A DNA stretch of 64,000 nt from assembly GCA_002633005.1 (NCBI GenBank), contig NMRA01000014.1, forward strand, positions 1,646,260-1,710,259. Direction: 5' to 3'. Numbering within the stretch: position 1 is the first letter of the stretch; each line of letters starts with the position of its first letter. A program made the position numbers and the translations under genes. The notes under the pieces were generated by a model, which was not told the DNA's origin, ran no database searches, and saw only the letters and a list, made by a program, of their open reading frames with translations. Positions 27,299 through 39,500 of the stretch are shown here, piece after piece. This stretch comes from Phoronis australis. Taxonomy: Eukaryota; Animalia; Phoronida.

Positions 27299-30200
27299 AT
27301 AAGGTCGCGTCGATTCAAAATAGAGACGTTCAGCTTTAATCCGAAAAATTGTCAGTTTCGCAATTGACCCTTGACATTGCAGTACAAGTCCGAGGCCGAA
27401 GTAAGAATGACGTCAATAGATCTCTCAACAACTGACGAGTCGGTCGATTCAAAGTTTTCCAATATAGCACGTACATGTATATGCAATAGTTTCGTGTAGA
27501 TTGAAAACTCACGGCGAAATCACATGGAAATACGTGGCCAATTAAAACATAAACAAATTTTAACAACTCATTTGAATTGGTTATGCGACATGTTTGGGAG
27601 GTTTAGGCAAGCGGATGACCGAAGTTCTTACCTTGATTTAGGAACCAAGCCCTTCGGTCAGATCTCTGTGCCTTGTACAGTAGATGTAGGCATTTCCTTA
27701 TCCCGCATACCTAAACGTCGTGAATTCCCACACATCACTAATTTCCACTCGACATCATATGAAAAAAAACAAAACTTTGCATTGTTCAATCAAGGTTTTC
27801 CCGAGCAAGCAAACTAGGTCACACGAGAGGCGAATTACTCAGGCCTAATACTACAAACCGCACATGAATAGTGTGTGCCTATAGCGCAATCAAAAGTCCA
27901 TTGTGTCATCTATTCATTTGCGCCCACTCAGACTGAAAGACCGTGTCTGATGTTGCAATCTCTTTATTTGCGCCTGCGCAGACTGAAAAATCGTGTTTTG
28001 TTACGGAATTCTTTCTTACCCAATTCCCAGAAGGATTATTATACGACAGGACAATGGTAACACAGTGTATTTACCGAGTTATGCCATCTCTCACATTGTT
28101 GACAACGTTCGCAAGTAGACACCTGCCGGATTGAAAAAACGAGACATCCGGATGTGAAGCGGACATGTAGGTTTAAGTCAAAACGCAAGCGTGAAATTTC
28201 CGTCGCAACCGGGAAGACGCCCATACAGGGACGTATTCGTTTTTGTTTTAGTCAAGCAGGAAATACGATTGGAGCATTACCCCCAAAAAGTCCCACTCGT
28301 GTTTTTGTTTGTCAAAGGGATGAATATGGTTGTATCAAGTGGGTCACCACTACATTGTATGAAAATATGTCAATTTTCCAGTGTGTTTCAAAACATTCAT
28401 CGGTAATTTTCGACCAAGTAACGCGCACATTATACATTATCTTTGCTACATTACACGATTAGCCATAAACCGTTGTGAAATTGTACTCACCTTACCAGGG
28501 CAAATGGATACTTGCACAAGTCATGAATAGTAAGGGACTGCGTGTGTTAGCCAAAACTCTCACAATATTGCTTGAAATTCATCTGAGCCGGACAGAGATG
28601 GACTTTTCGAAACGTCAGATGGGAACACGGTTTCAAAATGTTTTCTGTAATTTGTGGAGCTGAAGAATACTTTATCAGAAAAAGGTGTAAATAAATTCGC
28701 ACGCGCTCCGTCTGAAGCACAATCAAAAATTTTTTTGAGGTACATGTATGTTTTTCATGATTTTTCTAGATAAAATAAAAAACATGTCAAGGTTGACCCC
28801 CGATTTCTATTAAAGCAATAAGACTATACAACTAGTTTCATGATGTGGAAATCGCCATTTTTACGCAGATGTTCATGCAAATGCAGAGCAAGGGTGTTGC
28901 GCTACGCGTAGCCGAACAATATCGGCGCACTTATTTTAAGTAAGCTATCCAAACTGAACAACTATAAAGTTTTTAATCCCAAAAACTAATGAACTGAAAA
29001 AAACGTCGGCAGGACATTACAGCATATACATGTAGCCAGGTCGTCTAAACGATTGCTAGCCCCAGTTTATTTAATTTCCAGCATCACTCTTAATGTAACT
29101 ATCGAGGCCAGTCTGAACGAGAAACTGTTGTGAGACAATCAGCCTGTTCGCCTGGTAAATAAAAACATTTTCATTCGCAGAAAAAAGTTGTTTTTGTTTA
29201 AGAGCCCTTTGGTGAATCACATTTACTGTAATTGTTTTAGGTTACTTGTTCTTAAACATTCTTGAAAAATTGTTAAAATAAATGTAGCAGTGATTCTGAT
29301 ATAGGTGAATCTGAACTTAGCTGTTTCGGAGTCATATGTTGCACATTGGTGCCCTAATTTCACAACGTACTTCACCATCAACGAAACGCATTACCCACCC
29401 ATAAGCGGATGTGTAGGGTTTACGCGAATCGGTTTCCCTTCACGAATTTTTGGTTTCCCTCGCCATACAGTTGATATTTCAAATTAATAAAAACTTTATA
29501 TGAAATTTTCTGTTTGAGAGAATAGCAATATCAACGTTACAGAATTTCAGGTGGCATCGAAATTCTTTGAAACGTTCTAAATTTCTGACGTCATTCGTTT
29601 TTAATTGGCAAAATTGTTCTCATAGAAAGCAATAACAGCTAAAAAATGAGTCTCAAACGCTATTTTGTGCACATTGTAAGGTTCTAAATCCTTTTTGTAA
29701 TAAAACCAATCCTTCGTTGATTCTTGACGAAAGGCATTCGCACAAAATGAATGCCGGAGAGCCGCACAGAATGCTTTGATTTGTCAAATTCTTGGTTGTT
29801 TCCGTATGTCTTGATATTTTGTGATTTTAAAAAGTGCTTAGTTATTTTATTACTGAGCAAGCAATTGTCAAACTCCCTTGTTAATGGCTGATGCGTTGAA
29901 GCTCACTACATGTATATATTTTAATCTACCTCCGTCTCTTCTAAATTCCAGTGCCGATGGGGCTTCGGTAATATCTTCTCCGTTCTTTCGCAATGCATCC
30001 GACGTTGCACGAAGTTTTCCTGCTGTGTCTAAATTTTCCGTAACTTGTGCATACATTTGTTTTGCAATTAGCACCGTGCCCACCCCCCTTCCGCCAAATT
30101 AATCATAGGTGCCACAGATGCGTGTAGTGCATGTACATGTAAGGTAAGGCGGGTAGCACAGGCAGTAATGTATGGCTCCTATACATGTATTTATGCAAGA

Positions 30201-33200
30201 TGCTGTTTTCTTCTTTAATTTGTCACACCTCAACCATATAGTAATGACCTCGATGAAACTTAATTGCAAACAGGATAAGCGTTGTTTCGTTTTCAGCAGT
30301 TAGAATTTATGGAGCAGAAGAAGGTCCACGTTGTACCATGACCAGCAAGTTCGTTCCTTTGCCGCTAGGAGTACACAGATGTACATGTACTGGGAGATTC
30401 TGTGGTTGCAGAATTTGGTTCTCGTCACCAGGAGGCGAGACCGTCTCGTCTACGTGTGGGCTCACCAGAAAGAACTGGCAAACAACACGTCGTGGAAAAC
30501 GGAAATATTTCCCTAGTCAAATATAAAATAGTTTGGCAAAAACATAATTTACTAATAAAGAAAACAGAAGAAATGAAGCTGTTTACTATTGAATGGCAGA
30601 GACGGTCGTGGCATGACTTTTGATGGGGGTACATTACACATAGGATAATACCATGGTTTTTCGTTTGAAAATATCGCATGTGGTTAGGCCTACAGTTGGA
30701 CATGATCACTAAACAATAATATAATACACGCTGATGTTGGCTTACTAAGTGCAGTGGATCTCGTTTACTCGACCCCTAAAAAGAAGATGTTCTAGACGTC
30801 TTGCAGTTCATCGTCCACTGTCTACATTTTGAAAGTAAGTACACGCTTTGGAATGCGACACAAACTGTACACAATTTATTCGCTTCAATTCATTGCACAA
30901 TATACACATTCTTTCCTTACTAACAAAAAGTTTGTAGGGTTTCAGACCCAAAAATACGTGTCACACTTTTGAGGTCTGAACACCTATATATTGACCTCGG
31001 TCTATATCTGTACTGCATAATTCTTCTGGTACGGTAATTGCCACTGAATTTTTACGGCATACTGTATGCACAATTATCGACTGTAAGTTGTGCAAATTTC
31101 AACACTCCATCTTTGCATGGATTCCAAAAATCATTAACGGCCCAGACCCAAACAACAAGTGGTCGGGAAAACGCAAGCATTATACTATAGAACGATTGCT
31201 TTTCGCTGCTATCTTTCGGTTATGAGGAATCCGGAACGTTCGTTAATAAAACTCGCATTGCAGTGGTAAATTATCAAATCCTGTATCATTTACCTGCACA
31301 TTTGTTCAGACAACGTGCATGTTGGTCGACCCAGCTCACATCACGTGCATAAAATTTTCAGAATTGTCGTCGGGCATGCTTCCTGTTCATAGTCGCAGTG
31401 ATGTGAATAATTTTTGAACAACTAATAAAACTGAAACAGCTATATACTAGAGGGCAGTGCACCCTGTGTTTAACGGGTGAAAACGAAATGGCGGTCGCAC
31501 TCATTAACATGGCCCATAGGCTCTGTAAACTGGTTCACGCACGGTGCACCGACCTCTATAAACACCATGCGGCACTCACAAAACTCGGCTAAAGCAGCCA
31601 CAACTAACCGACCGCCTTACTCGCTGTATTTGGAGATGGAGTCCGTGCCTTGAGTATCCGTGTACAAGTGTAAGTGTTATAAGGTGGACAAGATGTGATT
31701 CGTAAATACCTGTTCCGTGTTGGCGTTGAGCCGTATTAGTGGGCCTGGGCTCGAGTTATTGAGTCGGTGAACGGAATTTTTCGGGTCCGTGGACAACCTA
31801 TGAAATTGAACAGTTAAACATTTAAACGCCCACGCTCGGCTTACTGGCCCATCTCCAATTTACACAATTTAATCTTCTTTGAATGAGTCCATGTCTCTAT
31901 GAACACAGGTATCACGCGAATATCGACTCCCAAAACACACGAATGTGGCTTGTCTTTGAAAAACGAACTGTCAAGACACAGCGCCATCTTACAGCCAAAC
32001 TCCATGTATTCCATGACTACTGCACGCTAGTCCGATGTGTTTACCTGAATCGACCGTTCGGGTAAACGGCCGCAATTGGATATACAAAAACTCGGTTAAG
32101 TCCCCATACTCGACTAAACGCTGAACTTCTTCAACTGTCGAGTTCTTCAATTTAAGTAGAGACGTTAGCCCGGACAAATGCAGTTTGTTCATGACTGTGA
32201 CGATTCTGCATAAAAACATGCACATTACCACAAAAACGTGATTGGAGCTTGCAAAGTAAATGTAAGCAATTTTTAAAGCTATGTCAAGTCCACACAAGAT
32301 AGCGTTCTGACGATGGACTCGTTAAAGTCTCAACAATAATCTGCTCAAAAAATAAGCTCGTCATTGTCTACGACGTTTCAAAACCATTAACTCTTGAGAA
32401 TGCATTTGCCTAAAACACATATGTAACTAACTACCTAACTAATCTATTCTCTCTCGAAAAAATGTATCCGCGTGCTCTTGAGCCACTGATGACCTAAAGA
32501 TCTACTCACATTCGTGTACAAAGACAAAACGTCACACAATTCCCTAACTATAAGATTTAACCATTACGCCTATATTACAATCTGCAGAGCATTGCTTGTA
32601 ACCTCGGGGTCAACGCAGACGAATAGCTGCAAAACTTGATGAGAGCAGTGTGGCTCAAGCGAATTGAAGCCATTGGTATCCGCTAGCAGCAAGAAAATAA
32701 GCTCCGTGACCAGTAAACTACGTTCCTAAAATACACCGTAAATGCAGTACACACGGTTACAGAGAGACACCGAGAGATTTCAATTGATGTTTTAATGTGA
32801 TGCAATGATTCGTTTCTATTGGCAACGGAATGTAATCGAGTAAGCACTTAGCTCATCCCGCCTGCATTCTGTTCAGGTTTCCGTTCCATGAATCTGTTTT
32901 CTTGAGAGAAAAGCACGACTTCGCAGGACCTACCAAAATGGGGGCCACTGAAGTAATTGGTGAGCGAATTGGGACTTTTTCCGTCGCAGCAAGTGCAAGC
33001 AAATGTCACGGATCCACGGAACAGAAACCCAACAAATGGGAAATTTGCATCACCTGTTCTCAAGGCAAAACTCTCATGGTTCATCTGATGCAGACGCCAT
33101 GGTAGAGTTCAGTAGCTATCTTGTGGCTGGCCAAAATCACGTGCTTTCATATAAAATGCAAATAATTATATCGCGCAATCTCGGGAAGTCTTTGCATTTT

Positions 33201-33446
33201 TAGCGAGGTTCCAGCTTGGTCCTTAGCGTTACTGAGCTCTTCCCAGGTATGAGTTAAGCTTATTTGGATTCGAATCGCATACACTGTAGTTCTCCGTCTG
33301 TGATGACCCATAAATCTCCTATCTCCATCTACTACAATTTCAGACAATTAACAAATTTACACTTCTTCGCAAACATATGAACTGTATGGCCCCAGATTTC
33401 CCCTTACTTCATTGGTCGATCTAGTATCATTTACTGTACAATAATA

Positions 33447-33548
33447 TCAAAGTGTTATACAGTGAGCACTGTTACTCTCCTGAAGCATGATATCGTCCAT
33501 CGCAATATCACCGCGGTAACCCTCAGCCACCACGCCCTCGATGTAGAT
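33447..33548 (-). CDS. Terminal coding exon of the astacin gene (end of MAM3, [33 protein letters not shown])
   Basis: tctcatttcag acceptor; GDIAMDD MAM C-terminal motif; TGA at 33449-33447; no transmembrane or GPI tail. Confidence 0.9.
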   Translation of the reverse strand: MYIEGVVAEGYRGDIAMDDIMLQESNSAHCITL

Positions 33549-36500
33549 CTGAAATGAGACCAGAGACAACTAAAACACACCATTTTTTAAATCGGAAATG
33601 CTTGGGGAGTCGAACCCATCTAAAGTGGCGACTAATAAACCTCGGCGTGCAACTTACTTTTGTTACTACCGATTGTACATGTACGTCCCCTTAAAGATAA
33701 CACCATCTTTCAACAAACGCCTACAGTATGGTAACTCTTTTGAAAGACACGGCTCTTATTCAATTAAAGTATATGTCGCAAAGTGACCTTCATGGTTTGA
33801 CGTGACCGTCGCTACTCATCCAGAACCAACAGCGCCCGCAGGCAGGCTAGATCTTATGAAAGTCGTGGCTAATACCAATAACCAATATGTTTTTAATAAA
33901 TGGAAGAACGAGTATGAATCGTTACACAATGATCCAACTGTAAATGAGTTTGACCGGGGATTTTATGCTGATATGCTTCTCAAAAAAGCTCATCTTGAGT
34001 CGTTTAATAATCTTGACTTTGATGAAAATAGTATTTTGAATAAAAATATTCATCGCGATGAAGTAAAGCGGGTATTGATGAAATCTAAATACAAGAAAGC
34101 AGTAGGAATTGATCATATTTGTTATGAAGTATGTAAAAATGATAACGCTATTGACCTTTTGACTTATTTGTTCCAAATGGTTTTCCGTTACGCTATGGTT
34201 CCTAGTTTATGGGCTAAATCCGTTATTATGCCTATCCCAAAGGGGTCAGATAAGGACCCGCGCGTCCCGCTGAGTTATAGAGGTATCAGCTTGTTGTCTA
34301 ACGTATACAAGTTGTATAGTAGTGTATTGAACAATAAACTGGTTGAGTACGCGGAAGAAAACGGGCTCCTTGTTGATGAGCAAAATGGCTTTCGTCGTAA
34401 CAGAGCATGTGTTGATCACGTCTTTGTTTTGACCTCGATTATAAGTAATCGCTTGAATAACAAACAATCCACATTTGCTACTTTTATTGATATGCAAAAA
34501 GCGTTTGACTGGGTAGATAGAAATAGTTTACTTTTTAAAATGTTGGATCTTATGATAGTTGGAAAATTTTATGAATCAGTTAAAATATTTATGCCAAAAC
34601 TCAATCCTGTGTTAAGATTAATAATACCTTTACGGACTGGTTTTATACATCTTGTGGCGTCAAACAGGGAGATGTTTTATCACCTACTCTTTTTGCACTA
34701 TATATAAATGATTTGGCAAAGGAATTAAAACAGTCAAATTTAGGAATTCCTATCGGTGCTGATAATGTTTCATCTTTGTTTTATGCTGATGATAAAGTGG
34801 TACTTGCCGAGAGCGAAGAAAATTTACAGGGTTTATTGAATATAGTTGATAAATGGTGCTCTAAATGGAGGCTAATTGTCAATCAGAAAAAAACTAATGT
34901 TATTCACTTCAGATCCAAGCATGTCTCACGTAGTTTATATCTATTTCGGTTGGGTCGACTAGACCTAGAATATGTACCCAAATATAAATATTTAGGAATA
35001 ATTATAAATGAACATTTGAAGTTTTCTGAAACTGCTAAACCTCTATCCGAATCTGCCGGAAGAGCCCTGGGCGCTTTAATTAATAAATTTAAAAAGAATA
35101 AAAATATGAGGTACAGAACGTTCACTACATTATTCAATGCTTGTGTTGTACCTGTTAGAGATTATTGCGTAGGTGTCTGAGGCGGCTCTAGTCTACAGGA
35201 TTAAGATGTCATTCAGAATAGAGCCGCGTGATTTTTCTTGGGTGTTCACAAATTCGCTCTTAATCATGCTGTTATGGGTGACATGGGGTGTTAGTGTTAG
35301 GCGGAAAATTGAGCTTTTGAGAATGTGGAATCGTATTATTAATTTCGAGGATGATAGACTAACATATCGAATATTTTGGTGGGACTACACTATTTGTACT
35401 AATAATTGGTCGTCTGAAGTCTAGAGCATTTTTGAGGAATTAGGGATTTCGGATTGTTTTCATGACTTACGTTCAGTTAATCTGTCTCACTGTAAAAATA
35501 TTTTGCATGATTTAGCATGTAATAGGTGGTTGTTTGAAAACCGTTCGAAACCAAAGTTAAGAACCTATGTTTTGATGAAGAATGTCTTTGAAGTTGAGCC
35601 TTACGTGCATTTAGACTTAACTCGGCCTAGTAGGTCAATTCTTGCTCAAATTAGAACCGGAACACTACAGCTATTGGTTGAGGTTGGGCGTTTTCGTTCT
35701 CTAGATTTTGATGACAGAATTTGCTGTCTTTGTCACACTGGTCAGGTCGAAACTGAACTACATTTTCTGTTTGAGTGTCCGTTATTCTTAGATGCCAGAA
35801 ACACCTTTTATTGTCAAGTTGAGATTAAATATCCACGTTTCCGTGCAGAAAGCTGTGAAAGTAAATTAATCACAATCATGCAAAAAGATGTTATTAGGAA
35901 AACTTCAGTTTTCATCAAAAATATTTTTGAAGTAAGGAAAAATTATATTTATTTATGATCATTTTTATCTCGTCCTTCTCTTTCTGGTCCTCTTGCAATG
36001 CGCGTACACTTGTCTTTTCTTTTTTGTATCATGTATCATGTATCTAAAGTGACTTTTAAGCCCCGTGGGGGGCTGGGTGTTCCTAGTGTTTGTAACGTAT
36101 TCATTGTTTAAATTCATTTGAATCACAAGTCACTATAATAAACATTACTTACTTACTTACTTACTGTAAGCCGTAATGCGTTTGGCCAAATAGTCACGCA
36201 CCAGCATTCCTGAATAGACCCCTAACAAAATCACTATTGACACCCAGTGTGTAGTAGGTCTCTCATAGGGATTTGTAGGCAATGTTAGCGACTCTGCATA
36301 TTGTGCAAAGAGTTGTTAGAATTTCTACCGTTGAACGTTTGAGGGTTGACGACAACAGATATCATTATTTTAACTCATAGAGATACACGCAGTCTAAACC
36401 TAAGTGATGTGGTCGTGGGTACATATTAAGAAGGGGTTCACTGTTGTTTCAAGCATCGTGGCCCAACTTCACATTATCTTTAGCTCATTTCCAGAGATTT

Positions 36501-39500
36501 TGAGTGAGATGACGTTTGATTATTCTGCACCAAAATGATATCCTTCCGCCAATTCTAATGTTTCTCCACGTGTTGATATTTCAATACCGTCAACTCATTA
36601 GCATATTGCATTGCATTATTACCGAACGAGATAATGCTTAGTGAACATTCTTGATAACAATGTGCGAAGCAAATGTTTGACAGGACGCCCTAGATATTTA
36701 TCCTTAAAGCGACCAAGTGATGATGTTTGTTTGTTTTTATTTATTTATTATTGTGATATTTAAAATCAGGGTGGCCTCTTCAGTGTTAGCAGTGCTTTCC
36801 AAGAGGGCCCTCAACAAGAAAAACAGTAATATAATACAATGAAGTAATAAAACAACAATGAAATATACGTAACAAAGATACAATTAAAACAGGTTGAGAA
36901 TTAACTTATAACTAAATGACAAATAATGGTAAAAAATTAACTAAGACAGATGAAATAAATTTAGAGATGACTCTAGACAGTGAGAGTATTTACGACAATG
37001 AAAAAATGACATGATTAAGACAGGTTAAGTAAATTACAGCCACTTTTTAATATTAACTTTAAAGGTAGTAATTGAATTGGACCATTTAAGTTCTGGGCTA
37101 AAAGAATTCCATATTATAGCAGCTGTATAGATAAAAGATCTCTTGACCGTCTCGGTTTTAATTTTTTTAGAAGAACCATTGCCAGCAACAGAAGAACGTG
37201 TAGAATAAACAGCCTGACTGCTATTGAATTTACTGCTGAGATATGCTGGAGCCAAGCCACTGATACATCTGTATATACAACAGGCAGAGAGAGATATTTA
37301 TTTCTTTGTCTTACTTTCATAAATCCCAGCTTGGAATACAAGTTGTCAACCCTAGTGTCCCTAATTTTAGTACCCAGGATAGCCCTGGCGGCTCTATTTT
37401 GGATTACTTGGACTTTGTTTACAAGTGTGTCACTAGTGTGCCCCCAAACTGGTAAACAATAATCAATATGAGGCTGAATAATAGAATGGTAAAGGGTCTT
37501 AAGAGTACGGACATTAAGAAATTTGCCTAGACGTTTAAGAACACCGATTTTCTTTGACAACTTCTTTGTGATATGATCTATGTGCATATTAAATTTAAGA
37601 TTGGGATCTAAAGTAAGGCCCAAGAACTTAAACTTGTCAACATTCTCGATGGGAGAACCGTTGATAGAAAGGGATAGTTTTTGTTTTAATTTCTGGTGGG
37701 TTCCAAACAGCATCGACTTGGTTTTACTAACGTTAACAGTGAGTTTGTTTTGAATCAGCCAGTCATGGGGCCCTGTATTTGTGGAAGTCTGTGTAAATAT
37801 TAACTAAACAATCGTGTTTCAAAATAAACCACGTAAAGTCGCCCATTTACACTAAAGTAATTCTCAGTAAGATGCGAGACATTAGAGTAAAATTCAAAAC
37901 GGGTATAGATGATAATGTTGAAACTGACCACACGACCATAAGTTATAATTGGCGAAAATGCAATAAACCCTTTTACTTCCTAATTAATGCTATGTATATC
38001 AGGTGCGCTCATCGCAAGCTGTGTTGCCCATTCACTCATAGGCTTTGAAGTTGTTTGCGATGTGTGTTTGGCAATATTTTGAAATTGCACGGCTTGTCCA
38101 AATCGACCTAATAACGCTTTTACTGCAAGTCGATTGCTTTTAAAAAATCACCAGATCGAGTCATGACGTCTACGCAAATAATAATACTCGGTGCACCTGT
38201 TTGTACAAAAGTTTTTAAGAATGAATGCGGGAATAGCCACAGAGCACGCGCACACACAGTTTCCGGGATTTTGCGACAGTGTATTCAGAAAATGTTTTCA
38301 GGCGCTTTAGTAACACTGAATAAACTCCCGGGCGTTTATTCGGAAAACAGGGAGGTGTAAACAGAGTCTGTTCTGACTTTGACATTTTTACTTGAAACTG
38401 TGTTTTTAAATTTGATGTTAATAAATGCATAATGAAATGAATAGTGAAATGACGAAGACGCCTTACCCTAAACGGAACATCTGAGTTAACGTAAGTTCTT
38501 CCTTCTAACCATAGATGCTGTAGTTCAGTACTGTTATAAGACATAGTTTGGTTAAATCCTTCCGGAATCTGCTGCCCTGACCGCTCCCACACTACACCAT
38601 TACTTCCGGTTTCGGGTGCCTTCAATATCCGAAGACTGCCTAAATACGCAAACAAAGCATCACTTCAGAGTTGACAGGAAATGTTTCTGTTGTGTTATAG
38701 CATAAGTGACGATATTTGAGGAACTGCTCACTTTACAAAATCGTGAATCTCTGAAATCTGGTTTTGTACTGGATATTCAAAATACCAAGAGTAACATAAG
38801 GAATGCCCGTTTTTCACTTACGTATTAATTAGGAAGAGTAACACAACAACAATTTTAAGAAACCAAAGGTATACCTATATGCTGTCCGACCATGTGGTAC
38901 CAGAAACTGAGACAGTAACCGTCGCCATCTACCGGCAGAAGTTGAGACACCAGGCGCGCCGTCTGCCCTTGGTCGCGATTTGAAGCGTCGACATAGATGT
39001 ACATTCCTGCAAAGGAAATCCATGATAATCAAACCACAAAGTCGCATACTTAATATTTTGACAATTTTGGTCAGTGAATGTTCTGAAACTTTACAGTGGA
39101 AAAGCTTTTCAGAGGCGCGGCGCCATATACAATCAACATACTATTTTTTCTCTAAACGCCATATCACTACTAATTGCCCTTTTGTTAATGGTAAAGGGTT
39201 ATGCTACAAGAATCTAATTTGAGTGCAGTTTGTTTGATTTTGACGGTTACCTCGTTTTCTTGAGTAAACGCTAGTCTTTAAGAAACGCCCAATCCAATAT
39301 CCGTTTGACGACATAAATGCTCTCTCGAGTGTTTGAATACATGAACGCCTCTGTTTAAACAGAGACCTCCTTCGGGCGCTTCTCTTGGGAAAACACCCCT
39401 CAGAATATTTTATACAAAAAATACCTTAACGTCGGTTTGCGTAGTGTTAATTTCAGGTTGATGTTTAAAATTGTACTGTCACGAAACCCACCGTCTCCGT

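Noticed and set aside
29868-30709. Cluster of overlapping 60-95 aa ORFs
   Set aside because: No recognisable motifs, no consistent splice chain, and lengths expected by chance.
33802-34707. Domesticated or prokaryote-type reverse transcriptase (retron, DGR or group II intron)
   Set aside because: Motifs, frameshifts, C-terminal CCHC and microsatellite tail identify an ordinary decayed non-LTR retrotransposon.
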